Source: Bacteroidota bacterium
Lineage (GTDB): Bacteria; Bacteroidota; Bacteroidia; Bacteroidales; WCHB1-69
Assembly: GCA_009786185.1 (NCBI GenBank)
Contig: WQTS01000138.1
Coordinates: forward strand, 1,652 to 65,651
Direction of reading: 5' to 3'
Length of the DNA: 64,000 nt
Part shown: positions 7,993-17,255 of the stretch, in pieces
How positions within the stretch are numbered: position 1 is the stretch's first letter
Layout of the letters: each line of letters starts with the position of its first letter
Notes under the pieces: model-generated
Told to the model about the DNA's origin: nothing
The model's database searches: none
Seen by the model: only the letters and a program-made list of their open reading frames with translations
Translations under genes and position numbers: made by a program

Positions 7993-8107
7993 TTTCCACT
8001 TTGCCAAAGCCCGCAGGAAATTCATATCATTCTGATATGACAACCCTCGGATTCCTCATTTTAACTAAACCTTAACGCACATCAGCTATGAGGCATCTTA
8101 CCTGTGC
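7993..8107 (-). ncRNA. Conserved leader element, copy D (3' module only)
   Basis: Matches the ~115 nt nearest the precursor in copies A-C; homology ends after cctgtgc at 8107. Confidence 0.65.
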
Positions 8108-8829
8108 TAATTCGCGGTTTTCGTTTGCCTGAATTTTAAACGCATCAGGCAATGCAATAATTTGGTATAATTTCTGTTTATTTGCATCCTGAGGTGCAGA
8201 TTTGCAGGGAAAGTATTAAGTGTTTTTGCAAAAGATAAATACTTCCCTGCGGGGCACCTTGGTTATTGCCGGTACGGTCGGAGCACGTCTCGTACCAACT
8301 TAGCGTATTCGAAATTGTGTTTTTTCAAAAATCCACATATTTATAATGAATAAATAAGCGAATAGAGAAATAGAAGAGAGGAAAGATTTTATAATCAACA
8401 CAGATTGCGCTTCATGCAATAAGAACTTATCTGCAAAAATACTATGCAAGTATGCAATGGTTTTATTAAACGTATCGGCTGCTTTCATGCGGTCGAATAT
8501 ATATGTAACAAAATCGCGGGCAAGATACGAAAAAACATCTTCAAAATGATTTATGAACATTTTTTTGTTATCGTTTTTGTTTTCAGTATATTATATATTG
8601 CTTTTTGGGAATAAAATGAATATACTGTTATTCTTGCAACAATTTGTTGGCTAACTTTTGCAGCAAATAGAATTTTTACAGTATTTCGCAGCACCACGAA
8701 ATAAATAAAAATATTATGAATAAAAAATAAGCCCTTAAAAAGGTGAACAAGCAATCTATTTTTTTCTATTTTTGCCACGCAAAATTACATAGGTATAAAA
8801 ACGTATATTTAATTTAATATCAGCATATT

Positions 8830-10389
8830 ATGACAATGCAAGAAAAAATCAATGAGCTTTTAAAACTGCGAGAAACTGCAAGATTGGGAGGCGGTGAAAA
8901 ACGTATTGAGAAACAACACGCCCAGGGCAAATTCACAGCACGCGAGCGTATCCTCATGTTTTTAGATGAGGGTAGTTTCGAAGAGTTTGATATGTTTGTT
9001 ACCCATCGCTGTACAAATTTTGGTATGGAAAAAGAAAAATATTTATCCGATGGCGTGGTAACAGGATATGGCACCGTGGAAGGTCGTTTGGTATTTGTGT
9101 ATTCGCAAGACTTTACCATATTCGGAGGCTCGCTTTCGGAAACAGTTTCCAATAAAATTTGTAAAGTGTTGGATCAAGCCATGAAAATGGGCGCTCCGGT
9201 AGTAGGCTTCAACGATTCTGGTGGTGCGCGTATTCAAGAAGGCGTAAATAGTTTGGCAGGGTATTCCGAAATTTTCCAACGCAATATTTTGGCTTCGGGC
9301 GTTATTCCGCAAATTTCCGCTATTTTCGGTCCTTGTGCCGGCGGCGCTGTGTATTCGCCTGCGCTTACCGATTTTATCATGATGGTGAAAAATACCAGTT
9401 ACATGTTTGTTACCGGTCCGAAAGTAGTGAAAACGGTTACTAATGAGGATGTTACCGTGGAAGATTTGGGCGGCGCTATGATGCACTCCTCAAAATCGGG
9501 TGTAGCGCATTTTGCGGTAGATAACGAAGAGATCGGCATTGCGCAAATTCGCAAATTGTTGAGCTATGTACCTTCTAACAATATGGAAGAAGCTCCGTTT
9601 AAACCCACAAACGACCCAATTAATCGTTTAGAAGATACTTTAAATCAAATTATTCCCGACAGTCCCAACAAGCCTTATGATGTTAAAGATGTTATTTTAA
9701 GTATTGTAGATGACGGTGGTTTTTTTGAAGTTCATGAAAATTATGCAAAAAACATCGTGGTAGGTTTTGCCCGTTTCAATGGAATGTCGGTGGGAATTGT
9801 TGCCAACCAGCCCAAATATTTAGCCGGTGTTTTAGACATCAACTCTTCTCGCAAAGGAGCGCGCTTTATTCGTTTTTGCGATGCCTTTAATATTCCGATA
9901 GTTACGTTGATAGATGTGCCCGGTTTCTTGCCCGGAACCCAACAAGAATACGGCGCATTAATTCTTCACGGCGCTAAACTATTGTACGCGTATGGCGAAG
10001 CTACCGTTCCAAAAGTAACGGTTATTTTAAGGAAAAACTATGGCGGCGCATATTGCGTAATGAGTTCCAAACATTTACGTGGAGATATTAATTACGCTTG
10101 GCCCTCTGCCGAAATTGCAGTGATGGGTGAAAAAGGCGCTGTAGAAATTTTAAGCGGAAGAGAAATCGCCGCTATTGAAGACCCTGAAAAACGCGCAGAA
10201 TTTATCGCTGAGAAAGAAACCGAATACCGCACGGCATTTGCCAATCCGTATATCGCAGCACGTTATGGTTATATTGATGATGTGATTGAACCGCGCAACA
10301 CTCGTTTCCGAGTAATTCGTGCGTTAGAATCATTGAAAAACAAACGCTTGGAAAATCCGGCGAAAAAACACGATAATCTCCCGTTATAA
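8830..10389 (+). CDS. mmdA: Methylmalonyl-CoA decarboxylase alpha / acyl-CoA carboxylase carboxyltransferase
   Basis: [42 protein letters not shown]; followed by an OadG-family gene. Confidence 0.9.
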   Translation: MTMQEKINELLKLRETARLGGGEKRIEKQHAQGKFTARERILMFLDEGSFEEFDMFVTHRCTNFGMEKEKYLSDGVVTGYGTVEGRLVFVYSQDFTIFGGSLSETVSNKICKVLDQAMKMGAPVVGFNDSGGARIQEGVNSLAGYSEIFQRNILASGVIPQISAIFGPCAGGAVYSPALTDFIMMVKNTSYMFVTGPKVVKTVTNEDVTVEDLGGAMMHSSKSGVAHFAVDNEEIGIAQIRKLLSYVPSNNMEEAPFKPTNDPINRLEDTLNQIIPDSPNKPYDVKDVILSIVDDGGFFEVHENYAKNIVVGFARFNGMSVGIVANQPKYLAGVLDINSSRKGARFIRFCDAFNIPIVTLIDVPGFLPGTQQEYGALILHGAKLLYAYGEATVPKVTVILRKNYGGAYCVMSSKHLRGDINYAWPSAEIAVMGEKGAVEILSGREIAAIEDPEKRAEFIAEKETEYRTAFANPYIAARYGYIDDVIEPRNTRFRVIRALESLKNKRLENPAKKHDNLPL

Positions 10390-10419
10390 ATTCAAAATTC
10401 AAAACTCAAAATTTAATTT

Positions 10420-10788
10420 ATGGACGTAAAATATGGTGTATTAACAGTAATTGTTGCAACTTTGGTTGTATTTACGATACTATTCATTTCTTTAATAATG
10501 CTGAAATCTTTCGGAAAATGGTTAACCGAAACGAGGAGTAAATATTTAGAACGTAAAGAAAAAAAGCTTGAATTTAAAGCAGCGCAAGCTGCCTCTGCTG
10601 CACTTGATGAAGAAGCAAAAGAGCTTGGCAACAGTGAAGAATTGGCCGCTATTGCCATGGCATTGCATCTTTATTTAAACGCCAACAGAGATGAAGAGAG
10701 TGAAGTTATTACTTTCGATACGTTGGCGCCGCGCTATTCGCCGTGGGCTCAAAAAGGCTTGGTAATGAAGCGAGTTGTGAAGAAATAA
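10420..10788 (+). CDS. OadG/MmdD family decarboxylase subunit
   Basis: N-terminal TM helix, EELAAIAMALHLY and SPW motif; directly downstream of mmdA. Confidence 0.8.
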   Translation: MDVKYGVLTVIVATLVVFTILFISLIMLKSFGKWLTETRSKYLERKEKKLEFKAAQAASAALDEEAKELGNSEELAAIAMALHLYLNANRDEESEVITFDTLAPRYSPWAQKGLVMKRVVKK

Positions 10789-10813
10789 GACTGTTTGGAA
10801 AAAATTCCTGCTT

Positions 10814-11722
10814 TTAACTCTTATTTGGTTCAACGTGAATCGTTACATAGGTATTGTTCCCATATAGTTCTTTGAGTTTTAACTCTATTTCGGTAATACG
10901 GGCATGGGTTTCTTCCAAAGACTTGTTACCGTCCATTCGAATATGAAACTCGATGGCATAATAGTTCCCGATTTTTCGTGTACGTAAATTGTGAAGTTGG
11001 TATACGTCTTTAAATTCACCCACAGTTTCTTCAATCTCTTTTATTACATCTTCCGGTAGCGAACGCTCCAATAGTTCGTCCAGGCATGGTTTTGTTAGCT
11101 TTAAAGCTACCTGAATGATAAAAAAACTAACTACCAATGCGGCTAACGGATCGAGCACTGTCCATTTGTCGCCCAGAAAAATAGCGCCGCCAATTCCTAT
11201 TGCCGTTCCAATGGAAGAGAGTCCATCACTTCTGTGATGCCAGGCATTTGCTATTAATGCAGGCGAATTCAATTTCTTCCCTTTTATAATGGTGTAATGA
11301 TAGAGGATTTCTTTTGATGCAATGGTTGCTAAAGCTGCTATAAATGCAATAATGCTCGGTTTTGGCAGTATTTCGCCTTGTATTACGGAGTAGATGGTGG
11401 TTGCCCCATTCCAGGCGATGCCCAAGCCTACTCCCAGCAAAACGATTCCAATAATTAAAGAAGCAAGTGTTTCAAATTTGCCGTGACCGTAAGCATGTTT
11501 CTCATCTTTTGGTTTTTGTGAAGTTCTTACGAAAGCAATCACAATAATGTCCGTAACAAAGTCGGATAGCGAATGCACCGCATCGGCGATCATGGCGGAA
11601 CTTCGCCCAAGAATCCCTGCGGGAAATTTCACAAGAATCAGAAATAGGCTAACCAAACTACCTATAATGGTTACTTTGTAAATTTGGTGCTCTCTTTGTT
11701 TCTCAGGGGATGGGTTGGTCAT
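10814..11722 (-). CDS. Cation diffusion facilitator (FieF-like) transporter
   Basis: ADAVHSLSD, HAYGHGKFE, NAWHHRSD, C-terminal TIHVEP. Confidence 0.9.
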   Translation of the reverse strand: MTNPSPEKQREHQIYKVTIIGSLVSLFLILVKFPAGILGRSSAMIADAVHSLSDFVTDIIVIAFVRTSQKPKDEKHAYGHGKFETLASLIIGIVLLGVGLGIAWNGATTIYSVIQGEILPKPSIIAFIAALATIASKEILYHYTIIKGKKLNSPALIANAWHHRSDGLSSIGTAIGIGGAIFLGDKWTVLDPLAALVVSFFIIQVALKLTKPCLDELLERSLPEDVIKEIEETVGEFKDVYQLHNLRTRKIGNYYAIEFHIRMDGNKSLEETHARITEIELKLKELYGNNTYVTIHVEPNKS

Positions 11723-11744
11723 ACTCAAAACGTGCTAAAATTTT

Positions 11745-13715
11745 TTACTGTATCACCAATTTTTTTGCCATCCGATGTCGTTTCGTTGAAGCCACAATTA
11801 AATAATTTCCTGCTCTCAAATGCGCCACGCTCAGCGTTCCGTCGTTAAAACCATCTTGTGCGAAAATAATCCTGCCGGCCATATCGTATATCGCAATATG
11901 GTAAGGCTCATGTTGGTTTGTTGCAATGTTAACATAACTGCTTGCCGGATTTGGCATAAAATTAAATGATGAGATATAAGGAAGATTTTCTTTCGGTTCA
12001 TCAATTCCTAATCCAAAGCCTACTTCAACATCTGTTATATAGCCGATTTTTGAATAGGGTACATATTGGGTACCGCTACTTTCCAATCGAAAACGCGCTT
12101 GAAAAAAGTCGCTGCCAATATAATCATTCAATGAGAACTCATAATTTCTCCAGTTTAACATATTACCGGAAATATGTGCTAATTTATGCCATGTTTTTCT
12201 GTCGTTTGTAACCTCAAAATACATACCTGCATTATTCCAATCTTCTTTATGAGACCAACTCGACATCATATACCATATTCCTATAATATTACCTCGCCAT
12301 CTAAAACGAATAGAAATATTATTAGCATTATCAGGAATTGGAAACCAGTCTAATTCTGCAATAGACAAATAGTTATCAGATAAATGTGAACTACCTGCAG
12401 TGTTACAAAGCGTTCCTGTACTACCCATATTTACGCGCACCCAATTGCTTTGCTCAAAGCCATATTTATTGGTTTTAAAATCGTTTGAATAAGGTAATTG
12501 CAAGGGTTCAACAAATGTTATTTCATCTTTATTAGACGGCGCGTTACTAAGGTCAATTACATAATACTCATACTTTTCACCAAGTTCTACATTGTAATCC
12601 ACATAAAAATTCTCGGTAGTTTCATCCAACAGTGTGTTATTTCTATATACTTTGTACGAATTTGGTTCTTCGGAACTGTCCCAGGATACGGTGATCTTAT
12701 CCGTTCCCGAGCAAGCGCTCAAATTTTGTGGAGGCAGCCACGCATTTGCCAATTCGGAGGCAGCGGCTAAAACGGCTTGTACAAAAGCTTTTGCTAAATT
12801 TAAATTATTAACGCCCGCATAATAAACGCCTATTCCGATTGTGTCGCACGATTTATGGTAACAAGGGCTATCATGTTCAATATCACCAATATATAGCGAC
12901 GGATATTCGTACACGTTAAACGGCATGTGGTCGCCACCGTAGCTATCGCCATCACTTAGACGAATGGTAGGAATGGACGGAATATAAGTGTTTGCTGTTT
13001 GCTGATAATATTTAAAAAGCGCTTCGGAGATGTATGAATATCCCGAAGCCATTTCTAAATCGGGAATTGAAGGAGGAAACCAACCAATCATGTCCATATT
13101 AAAATGGGCAATGATATTCATATTTTCGGTGGCGCATTTTTGAGCAAAAGGCATGCTGCCCACCATCCACATTTCTTCTGCATTGAAAGGCACAAATATA
13201 ATGGAGCGCTTGGTAGGGAAATCTTTGAGCAAACGCGCACATTCCATAACGCCTGCGGTTCCTGAGGCGTTGTCATCGGCACCCGGACCATCAGGTTGGT
13301 CGTAATGTGAGGAAATCATGATATATTCATCGGGAAATAGAGCTCCTTTTTTTACTACAACCACGTTTCCGGCATTCAATTGCTGCGATTGATGTGTAAA
13401 GTAATGGATGGATATATCCTCATATCCGTAAGATTCGAAATGATCTACCAACCAATTTTGCACCGTTAATGCAGCCGGAAAGCGCGCATTTCTGATAAAA
13501 CCCTGCATGTAGCGAATATAATTCTCTATACTGTCTTCCGAAACCTGATTGATAAGCTCTACAATTTCCGGATTGGTTTCCGTAACCACCGGATAAGATT
13601 GATTTCTATTACCTTTATTGTTAATCAACGTTGTTTGGGCGCAAACCGTAAACGATAAGAAAAAGAATAAGATAGCACAAAAATGCGGAAATTGAGAGTG
13701 TGTAAAATTTTTCAT
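11745..13715 (-). CDS. M28 family metallopeptidase with Fn3-like region and T9SS C-terminal domain
   Basis: SSHYD, GADDNASG, FNAEE, NMDMIG, GDHMPF, YHKSCD; CTD PNPA...IYDMAGR...GNYLI...KKLVIQ. Confidence 0.85.
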   Translation of the reverse strand: MKNFTHSQFPHFCAILFFFLSFTVCAQTTLINNKGNRNQSYPVVTETNPEIVELINQVSEDSIENYIRYMQGFIRNARFPAALTVQNWLVDHFESYGYEDISIHYFTHQSQQLNAGNVVVVKKGALFPDEYIMISSHYDQPDGPGADDNASGTAGVMECARLLKDFPTKRSIIFVPFNAEEMWMVGSMPFAQKCATENMNIIAHFNMDMIGWFPPSIPDLEMASGYSYISEALFKYYQQTANTYIPSIPTIRLSDGDSYGGDHMPFNVYEYPSLYIGDIEHDSPCYHKSCDTIGIGVYYAGVNNLNLAKAFVQAVLAAASELANAWLPPQNLSACSGTDKITVSWDSSEEPNSYKVYRNNTLLDETTENFYVDYNVELGEKYEYYVIDLSNAPSNKDEITFVEPLQLPYSNDFKTNKYGFEQSNWVRVNMGSTGTLCNTAGSSHLSDNYLSIAELDWFPIPDNANNISIRFRWRGNIIGIWYMMSSWSHKEDWNNAGMYFEVTNDRKTWHKLAHISGNMLNWRNYEFSLNDYIGSDFFQARFRLESSGTQYVPYSKIGYITDVEVGFGLGIDEPKENLPYISSFNFMPNPASSYVNIATNQHEPYHIAIYDMAGRIIFAQDGFNDGTLSVAHLRAGNYLIVASTKRHRMAKKLVIQ

Positions 13716-13843
13716 AATTGTTATGTAATAATGAAAGTGCAAATGTAATAAAAAATTAATGTGAGATTATTCGTAAATAATTAAATTTTTGATATAATTT
13801 CGCACTCTTAAAATTCATTTTTTATTCATTAAATTTTTACGTT

Positions 13844-14536
13844 ATGACAAAGAAATTTTACGCTGAAATGATTGGAACCATGGTGTTGGTTCTTATGGGC
13901 TGTGGAGCAGCCGTTTTTGGTACCGGTGGAAGCGCCGTTGCCGCATGGGTATTAATGGTGGCTTTTGCTTTTGGCTTGGCTGTAGTAGCTATGGCTTATA
14001 CCGTTGGTCCTATCTCGGGTTGCCACATCAATCCGGCAATTAGCTTAGCAGCTTTCATTACTAACAGAATCTCTGCCAAAGAGTGCTGTTACTACATGAT
14101 TGCACAAGTAACCGGCGCGTTCATCGGAGCCGGCATTCTTTATGCATTGGTAAGAACCGGCGCCCATACCGGCGGGGTTACCACTACCGGCGCAAATAAC
14201 TTTGGCGAAGGCATGTTGTTGCCCGCCATGATTGCTGAAACCGTGTTCACTTTTATCTTTATTTTGGTTGTTCTGGGAGCGACAGACAGCAAAAACAATG
14301 CAACCAAATTTGCAGGTTTGGCTATCGGTTTAGCTTTAGTATTGATACACATTGTTTGTATTCCTATTACAGGAACTTCCGTAAACCCTGCACGTAGTAT
14401 TGCTCCCGCATTTTTTGAAGGCGGCACCGCATTAACAAACCTGTGGGTATTTATCCTTTGCCCGTTCTTGGGAGCTACCTTAGCTGCGTTTACCTGGAAA
14501 TGCTTAAATAAAGAATGTTGTACCCTTAAACCATAA
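13844..14536 (+). CDS. aqpZ: Aquaporin Z (MIP channel)
   Basis: Two NPA motifs (SGCHINPA, GTSVNPARS), six TM segments. Confidence 0.9.
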   Translation: MTKKFYAEMIGTMVLVLMGCGAAVFGTGGSAVAAWVLMVAFAFGLAVVAMAYTVGPISGCHINPAISLAAFITNRISAKECCYYMIAQVTGAFIGAGILYALVRTGAHTGGVTTTGANNFGEGMLLPAMIAETVFTFIFILVVLGATDSKNNATKFAGLAIGLALVLIHIVCIPITGTSVNPARSIAPAFFEGGTALTNLWVFILCPFLGATLAAFTWKCLNKECCTLKP

Positions 14537-14541
14537 TCATT

Positions 14542-15180
14542 ATGAAAAAATTAACCTTAATTTTTGCGGCTATCATAGCCTCTGCATGTTTCTTTGCATG
14601 CACCAACCAACCAACGACAAGCACAACAGATGCCACCACTATCGACAATTTAAAAACCGCTATTGTCGGTGAAACCAATGCAAGCGCTAAATATGCTTTG
14701 GTTTCGGAACAAGCATTAAATCAAGGAGAACATGGCATTGCGGCTATGTTTGCTGCCGCCTCTGCTGCCGAAGCTATCCATGCACAAAGCCACATGTTGG
14801 TTCTTAACGATCTTGGCGAAGGCATTGAAGTGATTCCTGATCCTCAAATTAGCGAGAGCTTGGAGGAAAACATCCGTTCCGCTATTGCCGGCGAAATATA
14901 CGAAGATACCGAAATGTATCCTCCTATGGTAGAACAAGCGCGCAAAGAAGACCTCTTTGATGCCATAAGAACTTTCACTTATGCTAAAAAAGCAGAAGAG
15001 CGCCATGCTAAATTATATACCGAAACGCTTGATCTTTTCTTGGCAGGAAAAAGCGATGAGATCTCTAGAACTTGGCACGTTTGCCCACCTTGCGGAAACT
15101 TGTTTAACACCTTAGAAGGATTTGAAATATGCGCAATTTGCGGCGCAGGGAAAAATATTTTTCTCCATTTTGAAAGATAG
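14542..15180 (+). CDS. Rubrerythrin with N-terminal lipoprotein signal
   Basis: Di-iron motifs GE..A..KY, EAIHA, GEIYE..EMYP, EERHA; rubredoxin CPPCG/CAICG; lipobox FFA-C. Confidence 0.85.
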   Translation: MKKLTLIFAAIIASACFFACTNQPTTSTTDATTIDNLKTAIVGETNASAKYALVSEQALNQGEHGIAAMFAAASAAEAIHAQSHMLVLNDLGEGIEVIPDPQISESLEENIRSAIAGEIYEDTEMYPPMVEQARKEDLFDAIRTFTYAKKAEERHAKLYTETLDLFLAGKSDEISRTWHVCPPCGNLFNTLEGFEICAICGAGKNIFLHFER

Positions 15181-15183
15181 ATT

Positions 15184-15798
15184 ATGCATATTGCTGTAGC
15201 AGGAAATATTGGTTCAGGAAAAACAACTCTAGCCGGAATGCTTGCCAAGCATTTTGGCTGGGAAGCGCTGTATGAAAGCGTGGAAAACAATCCCTATTTA
15301 GTGAGCTTTTACGAAGATATGCAACGCTGGTCGTTCAATCTGCAAGTCTATTTTTTAAATAGCCGTTTTCGTCAAGTAGTGGAAATCCGGAAAAAGAAAA
15401 AAGATGTAATCCAAGACCGTACCATTTACGAAGATGCTTACATCTTTGCGCCTAACTTGCACGCTATGGGATTAATGCCTACCCGCGATTTTGAAAACTA
15501 CTCCTCACTCTTTGAACTCATGATGCAATTTTTGCAACCTCCCGATCTGTTAATTTACTTAAGAGCCGATGTTCCTACTTTGGTATCTCAAATTCAAAAA
15601 AGAGGCAGAGAATACGAAACCTCTATCCGTTTAGATTATTTAAAGTCATTGAATGACAGATATGAAGATTGGATTTCCAATTATAAATCAGGTAAATTAT
15701 TAATTGTGGATGTAAACACCATTAAGTTTGCAGAAACTCCGGAAGACTTTGGCACCATTATTGAAATGGTGAATGCCGAACTTTACGGACTATTTTAA
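15184..15798 (+). CDS. Deoxynucleoside kinase
   Basis: AGNIGSGKTT P-loop, QDRTIYED, RGREYE. Confidence 0.9.
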   Translation: MHIAVAGNIGSGKTTLAGMLAKHFGWEALYESVENNPYLVSFYEDMQRWSFNLQVYFLNSRFRQVVEIRKKKKDVIQDRTIYEDAYIFAPNLHAMGLMPTRDFENYSSLFELMMQFLQPPDLLIYLRADVPTLVSQIQKRGREYETSIRLDYLKSLNDRYEDWISNYKSGKLLIVDVNTIKFAETPEDFGTIIEMVNAELYGLF

Positions 15799-15832
15799 CA
15801 ATGGGCGGAAAATTTTCCGTTCCTACAATAAC

Positions 15833-15867
15833 AAAAAAAAGGCTGTCTTTTTCAAGGCAGCCTTTTT
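15833..15867. terminator. Bidirectional intrinsic terminator
   Basis: A-tract-ggctgtctt..aaggcagcc-T-tract between convergent genes. Confidence 0.75.
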
Positions 15868-15891
15868 CCATAAAAACTTCAATAAAGACTT

Positions 15892-16341
15892 TTACTCAGC
15901 TACTACTTCTAAATTAACAGTAACTTTCACATCTTTATGAATATTGATTTGAGCGGTATAATTACCAAGCTCTTTAATATGCTCAGCAGGAAGGATAATT
16001 TTCTTGCGGTCAATATCAATATCATGCTGATCTTTCAATGCTTGCGCTACAGCGATGGTATTTACCGAACCGAAAATAGTTCCTTTTTCCGAAGCTTTTT
16101 GTGCAATTCTCAAAGTTAATCCTTCAATTTTACCGGCTAAAAATTCTGCTTCTTTGCGAATTTTTTCAGCTTTGTATGCACGCTGTTTAATCGTTTCGGC
16201 TAACATTTTTTTATTAGGAACGGTAGCCAAAACAGCTAATCCTTGAGGGAGCAAATAATTTCTTGCATAGCCGTCTTTTACCTTTACGATATCATCGGCA
16301 TATCCCAATTTTTCAACATCTTGTTTTAAAATAACTTCCAT
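15892..16341 (-). CDS. rplI: 50S ribosomal protein L9
   Basis: MEVIL..DVEKLG..DDIVKVKDGYARNYLLP, IFGSV. Confidence 0.97.
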   Translation of the reverse strand: MEVILKQDVEKLGYADDIVKVKDGYARNYLLPQGLAVLATVPNKKMLAETIKQRAYKAEKIRKEAEFLAGKIEGLTLRIAQKASEKGTIFGSVNTIAVAQALKDQHDIDIDRKKIILPAEHIKELGNYTAQINIHKDVKVTVNLEVVAE

Positions 16342-16354
16342 AGTATTGCCCTCC

Positions 16355-16627
16355 TTATTGGTTAGTTTTTAAATTATCGGCTACAAAAGGAAGCAACGCA
16401 AGGTGGCGCGCACGCTTTACCGCCTGAGCTACTTTCTTTTGAAATTTTAAAGAAGTTCCGGTTAAACGCCTCGGGAAAATTCTGCCTTGCTCGTTTACAA
16501 ATTTCTTTAAAAATTCACCGTCTTTATAGTCAATGTATTTAATACCGCTTTTTTTAAAGCGACAATATTTCTTGGTTTTGAAATCCACCGCAATGGGAGT
16601 CAAATATTTAATATCGTTTTGTGCCAT
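16355..16627 (-). CDS. rpsR: 30S ribosomal protein S18
   Basis: [40 protein letters not shown]. Confidence 0.97.
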   Translation of the reverse strand: MAQNDIKYLTPIAVDFKTKKYCRFKKSGIKYIDYKDGEFLKKFVNEQGRIFPRRLTGTSLKFQKKVAQAVKRARHLALLPFVADNLKTNQ

Positions 16628-16630
16628 GGT

Positions 16631-17137
16631 TTATTCCTCCTTATTTTCTTGGGTTTGTTCTTGAATTTGATCTTGTACGGGCTCACTTACAGGCTCCGGT
16701 GTTACTTCCGGTTTTGGCTCAGGCTTTGGTTCTGGCTTCGGTTCAAATTTCGGCTCGCGTTTAGGTTCATAAGTTGTTTCCTGTTTAGGAGTTTCTTTCT
16801 TTTGGCCGAAATTATGCGTACGTCTTTTCTCTGCATAAGCGATAGCGTCTTTATCAAGAATAACAGTTAAATAGCGCATAATTTTCTCGTCGCGGCGGTA
16901 CTGCAATTCAAGCTCAGCCACCACGTGTGGTTCAGCTTTAAATTCGAATAATTGGTAAAATCCTGTGGATTTTTTTTGGATTTGGTACTCAAGTCTTCTG
17001 AGTCCCCAGTTTTCTTGATGAATAATCTCTGCACCTTTGTCGCGGAGAATATTCTCAAACTTTTTTACCGTTTCCTTCATCTGATCATCAGACAAAACGG
17101 GCGTCATAATGAAAACGGTTTCATACTGTTTTAACAT
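16631..17137 (-). CDS. rpsF: 30S ribosomal protein S6 with Pro/Glu/Lys-rich C-terminal tail (start reassigned)
   Basis: [36 protein letters not shown]; rpsF-rpsR-rplI order. Confidence 0.95.
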   Translation of the reverse strand: MLKQYETVFIMTPVLSDDQMKETVKKFENILRDKGAEIIHQENWGLRRLEYQIQKKSTGFYQLFEFKAEPHVVAELELQYRRDEKIMRYLTVILDKDAIAYAEKRRTHNFGQKKETPKQETTYEPKREPKFEPKPEPKPEPKPEVTPEPVSEPVQDQIQEQTQENKEE

Positions 17138-17255
17138 ACTTTTTTGGTTTTTAATTAATAAAAATACACCCCTATTTTGGGGCGGCAAAAATATAAAAAA
17201 AGTAATACGAAAAACCATGTTAATTTCGTTATTTTTGCCAATAAATTCTTTTGCT

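Noticed and set aside
7993-8035. UGA followed by a hairpin as a SECIS-like recoding signal
   Set aside because: UGA is absent in copies A and C, out of frame in B, and no sel genes are in the window
1-8107. Repeats as a CRISPR array
   Set aside because: Units are 115-290 nt, separated by whole genes, and no cas genes are present
8300-8778. ORFs 8300-8560 and 8551-8778
   Set aside because: No recognisable motifs; AT-rich divergent promoter region; likely spurious
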